From assembly GCA_977016875.1 (NCBI GenBank), contig CDRNST010000195.1, positions 3,348,001 through 3,412,000 on the forward strand: a DNA stretch of 64,000 nucleotides. The letters run 5' to 3'. Made by a program: the position numbers and the translations under genes. A model generated the notes under the pieces. The model was not told where the DNA came from and did not search any database. It saw nothing but the letters and a program-made list of their open reading frames with translations. This document shows, piece by piece, positions 13,803 through 28,471 of the stretch (position 1 is its first letter; each line of letters begins with the position of its first letter). The DNA comes from Pavona decussata. Lineage: Eukaryota.

Positions 13803-16025
13803 TCTTTTCTTACCTGTAGTTCCATTTGCTTGTGACCATTATACTTCCAAGTTTTGTCGAGTTGAAGGTGTAATGTTGGGGCCCCAGAAGAGTGCAGTGG
13901 AATCACATTGTGATTTCGGTAATTGGCTGCAATGAATAGTCCCTCAAGGTCCTGCAGAATTTCTAGGGTGCATATCTCCAGGCCACGTGAGGGAGGTATA
14001 TGGCAATACAGGCTCAGCAACACCAGGTCTATTGCCTCTTTGGGTTTTGGTCTTCTTAGCCAGGTTGCCTCGAAAATTCCCGTCTATAGGTTGCCTTCCC
14101 TGCAGGATGGGGGATAAGATGGAATTTGTCATGCCTTTCTGTTCACCTCAATTCTAGCAGCTATTTAATATACCTTCCAAGACCTTTAGTTCTCAGTCAT
14201 AGGGCTTCTTGTGAACCGTAGCGTAAGAACAAAATAAAAAGGGCTATACCCAGCCCCCTCCTTCGCTACATTGTTTATTTTCAGTAAATTTCTGTTGTTT
14301 TTTTTTTTCTGTCTTTCAGATTGACCTTTTGAAACAGACCGGTTGCTTTGAAAATGAAAATTAAATGAATATTAAAAAAATATATGAAATATCAGGAACT
14401 GATATTAGGGTGCTGATTTTGAGACAAAGGCCTTATTACTCACCATGGGAGCCAGTAGTTCAATGTGGACAATTCCTCCTTTGCTTTGGGCCTCTCCAAT
14501 TCACCCTGCCGTTGAAGTAAGGTTGCCTGCTTTCGAAGCGGTTTAATCAAGGTTGCACCTTCATAATCCGGTGCTCGATGTTGGTGAATGAACTTTAGCG
14601 GGTACAAGAGAGAGATTGCATGATTTGCATGGTCGCTGAACTAAGTCCCCTTGCATCCTAGGATGGAAATGCAACACTTAAAATTTCCAGAAAATGCATA
14701 GTTAAGCCCAATTTAACGTGCAGAAAGGTCTAATTCCTCTAGTCGAAGGCACCACCTATAACGAAATACGTATGTATGCGCTGTCGCAAAAACTAGCAAC
14801 CTTGAGCGGCCATGAATCAGAACAGCAAGTGGGAAATAAAACATTAATGCAGAGATTGTTTAGTCAGTATTGCAAATTGCACCAGTTCGGGGTACTGAAT
14901 ATTTGAACATTATTGGCAAGATAAATGTTGAACACTGGTAACTGGCCACTTGTGCAAAGATGCATTTAATGACCATTGTTTGGAATTTTTGCGGGTTCGC
15001 AGACGCTGATTTTCGAACTTTGGTTTTACAGCAAAGTACCCAAAGCTACAGGTCATTCTAAGGATTTTTTTTTACGTCTGAGAACACTTCAGATTTGGGT
15101 TCAGAGCCACACGCCGGGGAAACTTCACGCTCAAGAGGGTCAAAGGAGGTTGTTTTACCGCGACTTGACTTTACACAGGAGGAAAAAAAAACACGCCCTT
15201 AAGTAGTCGAGGTAAGAGATTCATCTTCAAATATATGGGGCTTTATGGAACGTCCTTGATTCCTTAAAAAAAACCAAGGAAACCGGCAGTTTAAATTGAT
15301 AAAAAGAAATCAGGATTTAGGCAATGTGCTTGGCCGATTCAACTAGAACTGACCTGCAGGCCCGCAAAACACGAGTCGTAAATTTGCAGTCATACTACAA
15401 CAAACGTGTTCCTCCACTTTTAGGTAGGTTGTTTGGGCTAGGAACTGTCCGTGACATTTGAGAGAGTGTGGCTTGGTAAAAGAGGAGCGCAGTTGTTTGA
15501 GAAAGTCACGCATATTGTCGCACAGCTGCGAAACCTTTAGCGTGTAAGCTTTTGTGCCGCTAGGAAGGCTAGCGGGCAGAGTTCCCTTGATCTTTGGTTG
15601 CTTGACCGCCAAGCAAAGCGTGTCCTCGGCTGAATGTTCATCATTCGAGAGTATAATGACCTCTTCAGGCAGTTCGTCCTTCACGACATTTGGGCTTGGC
15701 GAAACCTGTGTTCCGTTGTCGCTGGAAACAGGTGTCTGGTGATCTGACTCTACATGTTCTCCAGCAGTGAGCTTGGGTGCCTCCAGATAAGCTGACCAAA
15801 TTAGTAGATTTGACCCCTGATGATCATCCTCTGAACTGCTAGTTAGGTCGTATAGCAGTACCTGAATGAACCGGAAAGCTACTGGCACCATGTTCAAATC
15901 TTCAACCTGTGGTTGATGGTTCAAATTAAAGGTGAGTGAAATTAAAGGACACTTAGACGCGCGATCGCTGTCACTGATTGGATGCAACACCACGCACTGT
16001 GATTGGTCGATAGCTGTTCTATTGA

Positions 16026-17787
16026 TTGTCAATTTCTTTTTCTTTCTTTCTTTCAATCCTCTTTAGGATGAATCTGCTTGTGTACGGTCCTCGGACTTGT
16101 TACCATGCGATAGGAGTGAGGCCTGCCCTTGGAGGCGTTAACAGACACTGGCACCAGGCAGTCCAAGGATTCTTTCCAGCATGTACTGTCCAGATGTAAG
16201 CTGTACAGGTTCCCACCATCCGACTTGAACCACAGCAGGGCTGCCATTCTGTCAGGAAGAAAGGCTTGTACGCGCGCTGGCAGAATCCTGGGCTGTTGAA
16301 CGGTGCTGTCTGTCTCGACCACTGCAACAAGGTTGCTGATCTTGATCACATCCTAGTCGTGGTCACCAGCTAAGCGTCTACCTGGGGCTGTCGATTGTTC
16401 TCCTTCCTCTGCTGCCTGCCTCCTAAGGATACAGCCATTGTATTCTTCTTCACCGCCGTGTGCCCGTCGTACGTGTTGTGGGCCATCTCTCTGGAATGGC
16501 GGAGTGCCTTGGCGAGGCTGTCTTTCATTTGCTCCGTGCAGTCACTGTGGAGAGAATTCTTTGTCAATTCTAAGGCTCGCTGGGAAAGAAAGAAAACAAA
16601 CTGAAAATGGTTGACTTCTGTGTGACTGGAACTTCCGTGTTGTATTATTGATTTATTGATTCATTCATTGATTCTAAGCCAAGGGTTTGCTTCCCCCAGA
16701 ACTTCCGTTTAACTTCAAGCCTTGGTTGTCCAAGGGCAAGGGAAGTAATCATGCTTACTAGCGGGCGAAATAAATCCAGGCTTTCGTAATTTAAAAAAGT
16801 AAGCTGTGACCAGTGGTCTAATTACCTGCGATTGTATTCGCATGTGATGAAAGCTGAACACAAGACATTGATGCTGACTGCGCAACCCGTTAGTTTCAGG
16901 AACATGCCTTTGATGTGCTGTGAAAAGGCAGTGCTTGTGAATGGACGACCGTTTGCACATTCTGCGATAGAGAGAGCGGAAAATATTTTAACCCCATAAC
17001 AAAGGGAAATAACTGTAAAAGATGAACTGAAATGAGTTTGACATTTTGTGCGTGGCGATCTTTTGTTTTCGGAAAATAGCAGTGGCTTTAAGGCCTTTGT
17101 TGAACTTTAATATATACAAAGATTATAAAAGCAAAGGATTTGCCACTCATCACAAGAAGCACGCCAGTGTTGTCCTCATGTGTATTAAGTTTAGCTCGGT
17201 GAATCTTGACGTAGTCGTGCATCAACTTTTTGAGTTCACCTCCAACCTGGGAAAAAATTGGACTTATTTTTACTTCCAAATACCTTTCAGTCTGAATGTA
17301 ATCATATGAGTTTTTATTTCAATAAGAATAGCATTAACTTTATGACTTTCATTGTGGATGAAAGTATCTTTTGTTAATCGAAATGAATTGTTAATAGGTT
17401 TCAATAGTTCTTTTTTCTACTTTTTGCTTGAACTATGTTAAAGAAATTACTTAGTATTAAATTGTTGTTATTATTATTATCATTATTATTATTGTTTTTA
17501 TTATTATCTTTTCTTACCTGTAGTTCCATTTGCTTGTGACCATTATACTTCCAAGTTTTGTCGAGTTGAAGGTGTAATGTTGGGGCCCCAGAAGAGTGCA
17601 GTGGAATCACATTGTGATTTCGGTAATTGGCTGCAATGAATAGTCCCTCAAGGTCCTGCAGAATTTCTAGGGTGCATATCTCCAGGCCACGTGAGGGAGG
17701 TATATGGCAATACAGGCTCAGCAACACCAGGTCTAATTAAATTCTATAAAATTAAATTCTATAAAATTTATAGCATTTTGCTCTGGA
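16026..17787 (-). repeat. Short (1762 bp) truncated unit with 50-bp foreign filler at 17736-17785
   Basis: The unit breaks at CACCAGGTCTA, then reads ATTAAATTCTATAAAATTAAATTCTATAAAATTTATAGCATTTTGCTCTG, then GATTGTCAA at the next unit start. Confidence 0.95.
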
Positions 17788-19226
17788 TTGTCAATTTCTT
17801 TTTCTTTCTTTCTTTCAATCCTCTTTAGGATGAATCTGCTTGTGTACGGTCCTCGGACTTGTTACCATGCGATAGGAGTGAGGCCTGCCCTTGGAGGCGT
17901 TAACAGACACTGGCACCAGGCAGTCCAAGGATTCTTTCCAGCATGTACTGTCCAGATGTAAGCTGTACAGGTTCCCACCATCCGACTTGAACCACAGCAG
18001 GGCTGCCATTCTGTCAGGAAGAAAGGCTTGTACGCGCGCTGGCAGAATCCTGGGCTGTTGAACGGTGCTGTCTGTCTCGACCACTGCAACAAGGTTGCTG
18101 ATCTTGATCACATCCTAGTCGTGGTCACCAGCTAAGCGTCTACCTGGGGCTGTCGATTGTTCTCCTTCCTCTGCTGCCTGCCTCCTAAGGATACAGCCAT
18201 TGTATTCTTCTTCACCGCCGTGTGCCCGTCGTACGTGTTGTGGGCCATCTCTCTGGAATGGCGGAGTGCCTTGGCGAGGCTGTCTTTCATTTGCTCCGTG
18301 CAGTCACTGTGGAGAGAATTCTTTGTCAATTCTAAGGCTCGCTGGGAAAGAAAGAAAACAAACTGAAAATGGTTGACTTCTGTGTGACTGGAACTTCCGT
18401 GTTGTATTATTGATTTATTGATTCATTCATTGATTCTAAGCCAAGGGTTTGCTTCCCCCAGAACTTCCGTTTAACTTCAAGCCTTGGTTGTCCAAGGGCA
18501 AGGGAAGTAATCATGCTTACTAGCGGGCGAAATAAATCCAGGCTTTCGTAGTTTAAAAAAGTAAGCTGTGACCAGTGGTCTAATTACCTGCGATTGTATT
18601 CGCATGTGATGAAAGCTGAACACAAGACATTGATGCTGACTGCGCAACCCGTTAGTTTCAGGAACATGCCTTTGATGTGCTGTGAAAAGGCAGTGCTTGT
18701 GAATGGACGACCGTTTGCACATTCTGCAATAGAGAGAGCGGAAAATATTTTAACCCCATAACAAAGGGAAATAACTGTAAAAGATGAAGTGAAATGAGTT
18801 TGACATTTTGTGCGTGGCGATCTTTTGTTTTCGGAAAATAGCAGTGGCTTTAAGGCCTTTGTTGAACTTTAATATATACAAAGATTATAAAAGCAAAGGA
18901 TTTGCCACTCATCACAAGAAGCACGCCAGTGTTGTCCTCATGTGTATTAAGTTTAGCTCGGTGAATCTTGACGTAGTCGTGCATCAACTTTTTGAGTTCA
19001 CCTCCAACCTGGGAAAAAATTGGACTTATTTTTACTTCCAAATACCTTTCAGTCTGAATGTAATCATATGAGTTTTTATTTCAATAAGAATAGCATTAAT
19101 TTTATGACTTTCATTGTGGATGAAAGTATCTTTTGTTAATCGAAATGAATTGTAAATAGGTTTCAATAGTTCTTTTTTCTACTTTTTGCTTGAACTATGT
19201 TAAAGAAATTACTTAGTATTAAATTG

Positions 19227-19268
<42 letters not shown>

Positions 19269-21491
19269 TCTTTTCTTACCTGTAGTTCCATTTGCTTGTG
19301 ACCATTATACTTCCAAGTTTTGTCGAGTTGAAGGTGTAATGTTGGGGCCCCAGAAGAGTGCAGTGGAATCACATTGTGATTTCGGTAATTGGCTGCAATG
19401 AATAGTCCCTCAAGGTCCTGCAGAATTTCTAGGGTGCATATCTCCAGGCCACGTGAGGGAGGTATATGGCAATACAGGCTCAGCAACACCAGGTCTATTG
19501 CCTCTTTGGGTTTTGGTCTTCTTAGCCAGGTTGCCTCGAAAATTCCCGTCTATAGGTTGCCTTCCCTGCAGGATGGGGGATAAGATGGAATTTGTCATGC
19601 CTTTCTGTTCACCTCAATTCTAGCAGCTATTTAATATACCTTCCAAGACCTTTAGTTCTCAGTCATAGGGCTTCTTGTGAACCGTAGCGTAAGAACAAAA
19701 TAAAAAGGGCTATACCCAGCCCCCTCCTTCGCTACATTGTTTATTTTCAGTAAATTTCTGTTGTTTTTTTTTTTCTGTCTTTCAGATTGACCTTTTGAAA
19801 CAGACCGGTTGCTTTGAAAATGAAAATTAAATGAATATTAAAAAAATATATGAAATATCAGGAACTGATATTAGGGTGCTGATTTTGAGACAAAGGCCTT
19901 ATTACTCACCATGGGAGCCAGTAGTTCAATGTGGACAATTCCTCCTTTGCTTTGGGCCTCTCCAATTCACCCTGCCGTTGAAGTAAGGTTGCCTGCTTTC
20001 GAAGCGGTTTAATCAAGGTTGCACCTTCATAATCCGGTGCTCGATGTTGGTGAATGAACTTTAGCGGGTACAAGAGAGAGATTGCATGATTTGCATGGTC
20101 GCTGAACTAAGTCCCCTTGCATCCTAGGATGGAAATGCAACACTTAAAATTTCCAGAAAATGCATAGTTAAGCCCAATTTAACGTGCAGAAAGGTCTAAT
20201 TCCTCTAGTCGAAGGCACCACCTATAACGAAATACGTATGTATGCGCTGTCGCAAAAACTAGCAACCTTGAGCGGCCATGAATCAGAACAGCAAGTGGGA
20301 AATAAAACATTAATGCAGAGATTGTTTAGTCAGTATTGCAAATTGCACCAGTTCGGGGTACTGAATATTTGAACATTATTGGCAAGATAAATGTTGAACA
20401 CTGGTAACTGGCCACTTGTGCAAAGATGCATTTAATGACCATTGTTTGGAATTTTTGCGGGTTCGCAGACGCTGATTTTCGAACTTTGGTTTTACAGCAA
20501 AGTACCCAAAGCTACAGGTCATTCTAAGGATTTTTTTTTACGTCTGAGAACACTTCAGATTTGGGTTCAGAGCCACACGCCGGGGAAACTTCACGCTCAA
20601 GAGGGTCAAAGGAGGTTGTTTTACCGCGACTTGACTTTACACAGGAGGAAAAAAAAACACGCCCTTAAGTAGTCGAGGTAAGAGATTCATCTTCAAATAT
20701 ATGGGGCTTTATGGAACGTCCTTGATTCCTTAAAAAAAACCAAGGAAACCGGCAGTTTAAATTGATAAAAAGAAATCAGGATTTAGGCAATGTGCTTGGC
20801 TGATTCAACTAGAACTGACCTGCAGGCCCGCAAAACACGAGTCGTAAATTTGCAGTCATACTACAACAAACGTGTTCCTCCACTTTTAGGTAGGTTGTTT
20901 GGGCTAGGAACTGTCCGTGACATTTGAGAGAGTGTGGCTTGGTAAAAGAGGAGCGCAGTTGTTTGAGAAAGTCACGCATATTGTCGCACAGCTGCGAAAC
21001 CTTTAGCGTGTAAGCTTTTGTGCCGCTAGGAAGGCTAGCGGGCAGAGTTCCCTTGATCTTTGGTTGCTTGACCGCCAAGCAAAGCGTGTCCTCGGCTGAA
21101 TGTTCATCATTCGAGAGTATAATGACCTCTTCAGGCAGTTCGTCCTTCACGACATTTGGGCTTGGCGAAACCTGTGTTCCGTTGTCGCTGGAAACAGGTG
21201 TCTGGTGATCTGACTCTACATGTTCTCCAGCAGTGAGCTTGGGTGCCTCCAGATAAGCTGACCAAATTAGTAGATTTGACCCCTGATGATCATCCTCTGA
21301 ACTGCTAGTTAGGTCGTATAGCAGTACCTGAATGAACCGGAAAGCTACTGGCACCATGTTCAAATCTTCAACCTGTGGTTGATGGTTCAAATTAAAGGTG
21401 AGTGAAATTAAAGGACACTTAGACGCGCGATCGCTGTCACTGATTGGATGCAACACCACGCACTGTGATTGGTCGATAGCTGTTCTATTGA

Positions 21492-23253
21492 TTGTCAATT
21501 TCTTTTTCTTTCTTTCTTTCAATCCTCTTTAGGATGAATCTGCTTGTGTACGGTCCTCGGACTTGTTACCATGCGATAGGAGTGAGGCCTGCCCTTGGAG
21601 GCGTTAACAGACACTGGCACCAGGCAGTCCAAGGATTCTTTCCAGCATGTACTGTCCAGATGTAAGCTGTACAGGTTCCCACCATCCGACTTGAACCACA
21701 GCAGGGCTGCCATTCTGTCAGGAAGAAAGGCTTGTACGCGCGCTGGCAGAATCCTGGGCTGTTGAACGGTGCTGTCTGTCTCGACCACTGCAACAAGGTT
21801 GCTGATCTTGATCACATCCTAGTCGTGGTCACCAGCTAAGCGTCTACCTGGGGCTGTCGATTGTTCTCCTTCCTCTGCTGCCTGCCTCCTAAGGATACAG
21901 CCATTGTATTCTTCTTCACCGCCGTGTGCCCGTCGTACGTGTTGTGGGCCATCTCTCTGGAATGGCGGAGTGCCTTGGCGAGGCTGTCTTTCATTTGCTC
22001 CGTGCAGTCACTGTGGAGAGAATTCTTTGTCAATTCTAAGGCTCGCTGGGAAAGAAAGAAAACAAACTGAAAATGGTTGACTTCTGTGTGACTGGAACTT
22101 CCGTGTTGTATTATTGATTTATTGATTCATTCATTGATTCTAAGCCAAGGGTTTGCTTCCCCCAGAACTTCCGTTTAACTTCAAGCCTTGGTTGTCCAAG
22201 GGCAAGGGAAGTAATCATGCTTACTAGCGGGCGAAATAAATCCAGGCTTTCGTAGTTTAAAAAAGTAAGCTGTGACCAGTGGTCTAATTACCTGCGATTG
22301 TATTCGCATGTGATGAAAGCTGAACACAAGACATTGATGCTGACTGCGCAACCCGTTAGTTTCAGGAACATGCCTTTGATGTGCTGTGAAAAGGCAGTGC
22401 TTGTGAATGGACGACCGTTTGCACATTCTGCAATAGAGAGAGCGGAAAATATTTTAACCCCATAACAAAGGGAAATAACTGTAAAAGATGAAGTGAAATG
22501 AGTTTGACATTTTGTGCGTGGCGATCTTTTGTTTTCGGAAAATAGCAGTGGCTTTAAGGCCTTTGTTGAACTTTAATATATACAAAGATTATAAAAGCAA
22601 AGGATTTGCCACTCATCACAAGAAGCACGCCAGTGTTGTCCTCATGTGTATTAAGTTTAGCTCGGTGAATCTTGACGTAGTCGTGCATCAACTTTTTGAG
22701 TTCACCTCCAACCTGGGAAAAAATTGGACTTATTTTTACTTCCAAATACCTTTCAGTCTGAATGTAATCATATGAGTTTTTATTTCAATAAGAATAGCAT
22801 TAACTTTATGACTTTCATTGTGGATGAAAGTATCTTTTGTTAATCGAAATGAATTGTTAATAGGTTTGAATAGTTCTTTTTTCTACTTTTTGCTTGAACT
22901 ATGTTAAAGAAATTACTTAGTATTAAATTGTTGTTATTATTATTATCATTATTATTATTGTTTTTATTATTATCTTTTCTTACCTGTAGTTCCATTTGCT
23001 TGTGACCATTATACTTCCAAGTTTTGTCGAGTTGAAGGTGTAATGTTGGGGCCCCAGAAGAGTGCAGTGGAATCACATTGTGATTTCGGTAATTGGCTGC
23101 AATGAATAGTCCCTCAAGGTCCTGCAGAATTTCTAGGGTGCATATCTCCAGGCCACGTGAGGGAGGTATATGGCAATACAGGCTCAGCAACACCAGGTCT
23201 AATTAAATTCTATAAAATTAAATTCTATAAAATTTATAGCATTTTGCTCTGGA
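21492..23253 (-). repeat. Short unit, recombinant between long-type and short-type alleles
   Basis: Same filler (23202-23251). Long-type SNPs up to ~22494, short-type SNPs from ~22804. Confidence 0.9.
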
Positions 23254-24692
23254 TTGTCAATTTCTTTTTCTTTCTTTCTTTCAATCCTCTTTAGGATGAA
23301 TCTGCTTGTGTACGGTCCTCGGACTTGTTACCATGCGATAGGAGTGAGGCCTGCCCTTGGAGGCGTTAACAGACACTGGCACCAGGCAGTCCAAGGATTC
23401 TTTCCAGCATGTACTGTCCAGATGTAAGCTGTACAGGTTCCCACCATCCGACTTGAACCACAGCAGGGCTGCCATTCTGTCAGGAAGAAAGGCTTGTACG
23501 CGCGCTGGCAGAATCCTGGGCTGTTGAACGGTGCTGTCTGTCTCGACCACTGCAACAAGGTTGCTGATCTTGATCACATCCTAGTCGTGGTCACCAGCTA
23601 AGCGTCTACCTGGGGCTGTCGATTGTTCTCCTTCCTCTGCTGCCTGCCTCCTAAGGATACAGCCATTGTATTCTTCTTCACCGCCGTGTGCCCGTCGTAC
23701 GTGTTGTGGGCCATCTCTCTGGAATGGCGGAGTGCCTTGGCGAGGCTGTCTTTCATTTGCTCCGTGCAGTCACTGTGGAGAGAATTCTTTGTCAATTCTA
23801 AGGCTCGCTGGGAAAGAAAGAAAACAAACTGAAAATGGTTGACTTCTGTGTGACTGGAACTTCCGTGTTGTATTATTGATTTATTGATTCATTCATTGAT
23901 TCTAAGCCAAGGGTTTGCTTCCCCCAGAACTTCCGTTTAACTTCAAGCCTTGGTTGTCCAAGGGCAAGGGAAGTAATCATGCTTACTAGCGGGCGAAATA
24001 AATCCAGGCTTTCGTAGTTTAAAAAAGTAAGCTGTGACCAGTGGTCTAATTACCTGCGATTGTATTCGCATGTGATGAAAGCTGAACACAAGACATTGAT
24101 GCTGACTGCGCAACCCGTTAGTTTCAGGAACATGCCTTTGATGTGCTGTGAAAAGGCAGTGCTTGTGAATGGACGACCGTTTGCACATTCTGCAATAGAG
24201 AGAGCGGAAAATATTTTAACCCCATAACAAAGGGAAATAACTGTAAAAGATGAAGTGAAATGAGTTTGACATTTTGTGCGTGGCGATCTTTTGTTTTCGG
24301 AAAATAGCAGTGGCTTTAAGGCCTTTGTTGAACTTTAATATATACAAAGATTATAAAAGCAAAGGATTTGCCACTCATCACAAGAAGCACGCCAGTGTTG
24401 TCCTCATGTGTATTAAGTTTAGCTCGGTGAATCTTGACGTAGTCGTGCATCAACTTTTTGAGTTCACCTCCAACCTGGGAAAAAATTGGACTTATTTTTA
24501 CTTCCAAATACCTTTCAGTCTGAATGTAATCATATGAGTTTTTATTTCAATAAGAATAGCATTAATTTTATGACTTTCATTGTGGATGAAAGTATCTTTT
24601 GTTAATCGAAATGAATTGTAAATAGGTTTCAATAGTTCTTTTTTCTACTTTTTGCTTGAACTATGTTAAAGAAATTACTTAGTATTAAATTG

Positions 24693-24755
<63 letters not shown>

Positions 24756-27700
24756 TCTTTTCTTACCTGTAGTTCCATTTGCTTGTGACCATTATACTTC
24801 CAAGTTTTGTCGAGTTGAAGGTGTAATGTTGGGGCCCCAGAAGAGTGCAGTGGAATCACATTGTGATTTCGGTAATTGGCTGCAATGAATAGTCCCTCAA
24901 GGTCCTGCAGAATTTCTAGGGTGCATATCTCCAGGCCACGTGAGGGAGGTATATGGCAATACAGGCTCAGCAACACCAGGTCTATTGCCTCTTTGGGTTT
25001 TGGTCTTCTTAGCCAGGTTGCCTCGAAAATTCCCGTCTATAGGTTGCCTTCCCTGCAGGATGGGGGATAAGATGGAATTTGTCATGCCTTTCTGTTCACC
25101 TCAATTCTAGCAGCTATTTAATATACCTTCCAAGACCTTTAGTTCTCAGTCATAGGGCTTCTTGTGAACCGTAGCGTAAGAACAAAATAAAAAGGGCTAT
25201 ACCCAGCCCCCTCCTTCGCTACATTGTTTATTTTCAGTAAATTTCTGTTGTTTTTTTTTTTCTGTCTTTCAGATTGACCTTTTGAAACAGACCGGTTGCT
25301 TTGAAAATGAAAATTAAATGAATATTAAAAAAATATATGAAATATCAGGAACTGATATTAGGGTGCTGATTTTGAGACAAAGGCCTTATTACTCACCATG
25401 GGAGCCAGTAGTTCAATGTGGACAATTCCTCCTTTGCTTTGGGCCTCTCCAATTCACCCTGCCGTTGAAGTAAGGTTGCCTGCTTTCGAAGCGGTTTAAT
25501 CAAGGTTGCACCTTCATAATCCGGTGCTCGATGTTGGTGAATGAACTTTAGCGGGTACAAGAGAGAGATTGCATGATTTGCATGGTCGCTGAACTAAGTC
25601 CCCTTGCATCCTAGGATGGAAATGCAACACTTAAAATTTCCAGAAAATGCATAGTTAAGCCCAATTTAACGTGCAGAAAGGTCTAATTCCTCTAGTCGAA
25701 GGCACCACCTATAACGAAATACGTATGTATGCGCTGTCGCAAAAACTAGCAACCTTGAGCGGCCATGAATCAGAACAGCAAGTGGGAAATAAAACATTAA
25801 TGCAGAGATTGTTTAGTCAGTATTGCAAATTGCACCAGTTCGGGGTACTGAATATTTGAACATTATTGGCAAGATAAATGTTGAACACTGGTAACTGGCC
25901 ACTTGTGCAAAGATGCATTTAATGACCATTGTTTGGAATTTTTGCGGGTTCGCAGACGCTGATTTTCGAACTTTGGTTTTACAGCAAAGTACCCAAAGCT
26001 ACAGGTCATTCTAAGGATTTTTTTTTACGTCTGAGAACTCTTCAGATTTGGGTTCAGAGCCACACGCCGGGGAAACTTCACGCTCAAGAGGGTCAAAGGA
26101 GGTTGTTTTACCGCGACTTGACTTTACACAGGAGGAAAAAAAAACACGCCCTTAAGTAGTCGAGGTAAGAGATTCATCTTCAAATATATGGGGCTTTATG
26201 GAACGTCCTTGATTCCTTAAAAAAAACCAAGGAAACCGGCAGTTTAAATTGATAAAAAGAAATCAGGATTTAGGCAATGTGCTTGGCTGATTCAACTAGA
26301 ACTGACCTGCAGGCCCGCAAAACACGAGTCGTAAATTTGCAGTCATACTACAACAAACGTGTTCCTCCACTTTTAGGTAGGTTGTTTGGGCTAGGAACTG
26401 TCCGTGACATTTGAGAGAGTGTGGCTTGGTAAAAGAGGAGCGCAGTTGTTTGAGAAAGTCACGCATATTGTCGCACAGCTGCGAAACCTTTAGCGTGTAA
26501 GCTTTTGTGCCGCTAGGAAGGCTAGCGGGCAGAGTTCCCTTGATCTTTGGTTGCTTGACCGCCAAGCAAAGCGTGTCCTCGGCTGAATGTTCATCATTCG
26601 AGAGTATAATGACCTCTTCAGGCAGTTCGTCCTTCACGACATTTGGGCTTGGCGAAACCTGTGTTCCGTTGTCGCTGGAAACAGGTGTCTGGTGATCTGA
26701 CTCTACATGTTCTCCAGCAGTGAGCTTGGGTGCCTCCAGATAAGCTGACCAAATTAGTAGATTTGACCCCTGATGATCATCCTCTGAACTGCTAGTTAGG
26801 TCGTATAGCAGTACCTGAATGAACCGGAAAGCTACTGGCACCATGTTCAAATCTTCAACCTGTGGTTGATGGTTCAAATTAAAGGTGAGTGAAATTAAAG
26901 GACACTTAGACGCGCGATCGCTGTCACTGATTGGATGCAACACCACGCACTGTGATTGGTCGATAGCTGTTCTATTGATTGTCAATTTCTTTTTCTTTCT
27001 TTCTTTCAATCCTCTTTAGGATGAATCTGCTTGTGTACGGTCCTCGGACTTGTTACCATGCGATAGGAGTGAGGCCTGCCCTTGGAGGCGTTAACAGACA
27101 CTGGCACCAGGCAGTCCAAGGATTCTTTCCAGCATGTACTGTCCAGATGTAAGCTGTACAGGTTCCCACCATCCGACTTGAACCACAGCAGGGCTGCCAT
27201 TCTGTCAGGAAGAAAGGCTTGTACGCGCGCTGGCAGAATCCTGGGCTGTTGAACGGTGCTGTCTGTCTCGACCACTGCAACAAGGTTGCTGATCTTGATC
27301 ACATCCTAGTCGTGGTCACCAGCTAAGCGTCTACCTGGGGCTGTCGATTGTTCTCCTTCCTCTGCTGCCTGCCTCCTAAGGATACAGCCATTGTATTCTT
27401 CTTCACCGCCGTGTGCCCGTCGTACGTGTTGTGGGCCATCTCTCTGGAATGGCGGAGTGCCTTGGCGAGGCTGTCTTTCATTTGCTCCGTGCAGTCACTG
27501 TGGAGAGAATTCTTTGTCAATTCTAAGGCTCGCTGGGAAAGAAAGAAAACAAACTGAAAATGGTTGACTTCTGTGTGACTGGAACTTCCGTGTTGTATTA
27601 TTGATTTATTGATTCATTCATTGATTCTAAGCCAAGGGTTTGCTTCCCCCAGAACTTCCGTTTAACTTCAAGCCTTGGTTGTCCAAGGGCAAGGGAAGTA

Positions 27701-28417
27701 ATCATGCTTACTAGCGGGCGAAATAAATCCAGGCTTTCGTAGTTTAAAAAAGTAAGCTGTGACCAGTGGTCTAATTACCTGCGATTGTATTCGCATGTGA
27801 TGAAAGCTGAACACAAGACATTGATGCTGACTGCGCAACCCGTTAGTTTCAGGAACATGCCTTTGATGTGCTGTGAAAAGGCAGTGCTTGTGAATGGACG
27901 ACCGTTTGCACATTCTGCAATAGAGAGAGCGGAAAATATTTTAACCCCATAACAAAGGGAAATAACTGTAAAAGATGAAGTGAAATGAGTTTGACATTTT
28001 GTGCGTGGCGATCTTTTGTTTTCGGAAAATAGCAGTGGCTTTAAGGCCTTTGTTGAACTTTAATATATACAAAGATTATAAAAGCAAAGGATTTGCCACT
28101 CATCACAAGAAGCACGCCAGTGTTGTCCTCATGTGTATTAAGTTTAGCTCGGTGAATCTTGACGTAGTCGTGCATCAACTTTTTGAGTTCACCTCCAACC
28201 TGGGAAAAAATTGGACTTATTTTTACTTCCAAATACCTTTCAGTCTGAATGTAATCATATGAGTTTTTATTTCAATAAGAATAGCATTAATTTTATGACT
28301 TTCATTGTGGATGAAAGTATCTTTTGTTAATCGAAATGAATTGTAAATAGGTTTCAATAGTTCTTTTTTCTACTTTTTGCTTGAACTATGTTAAAGAAAT
28401 TACTTAGTATTAAATTG

Positions 28418-28471
<54 letters not shown>

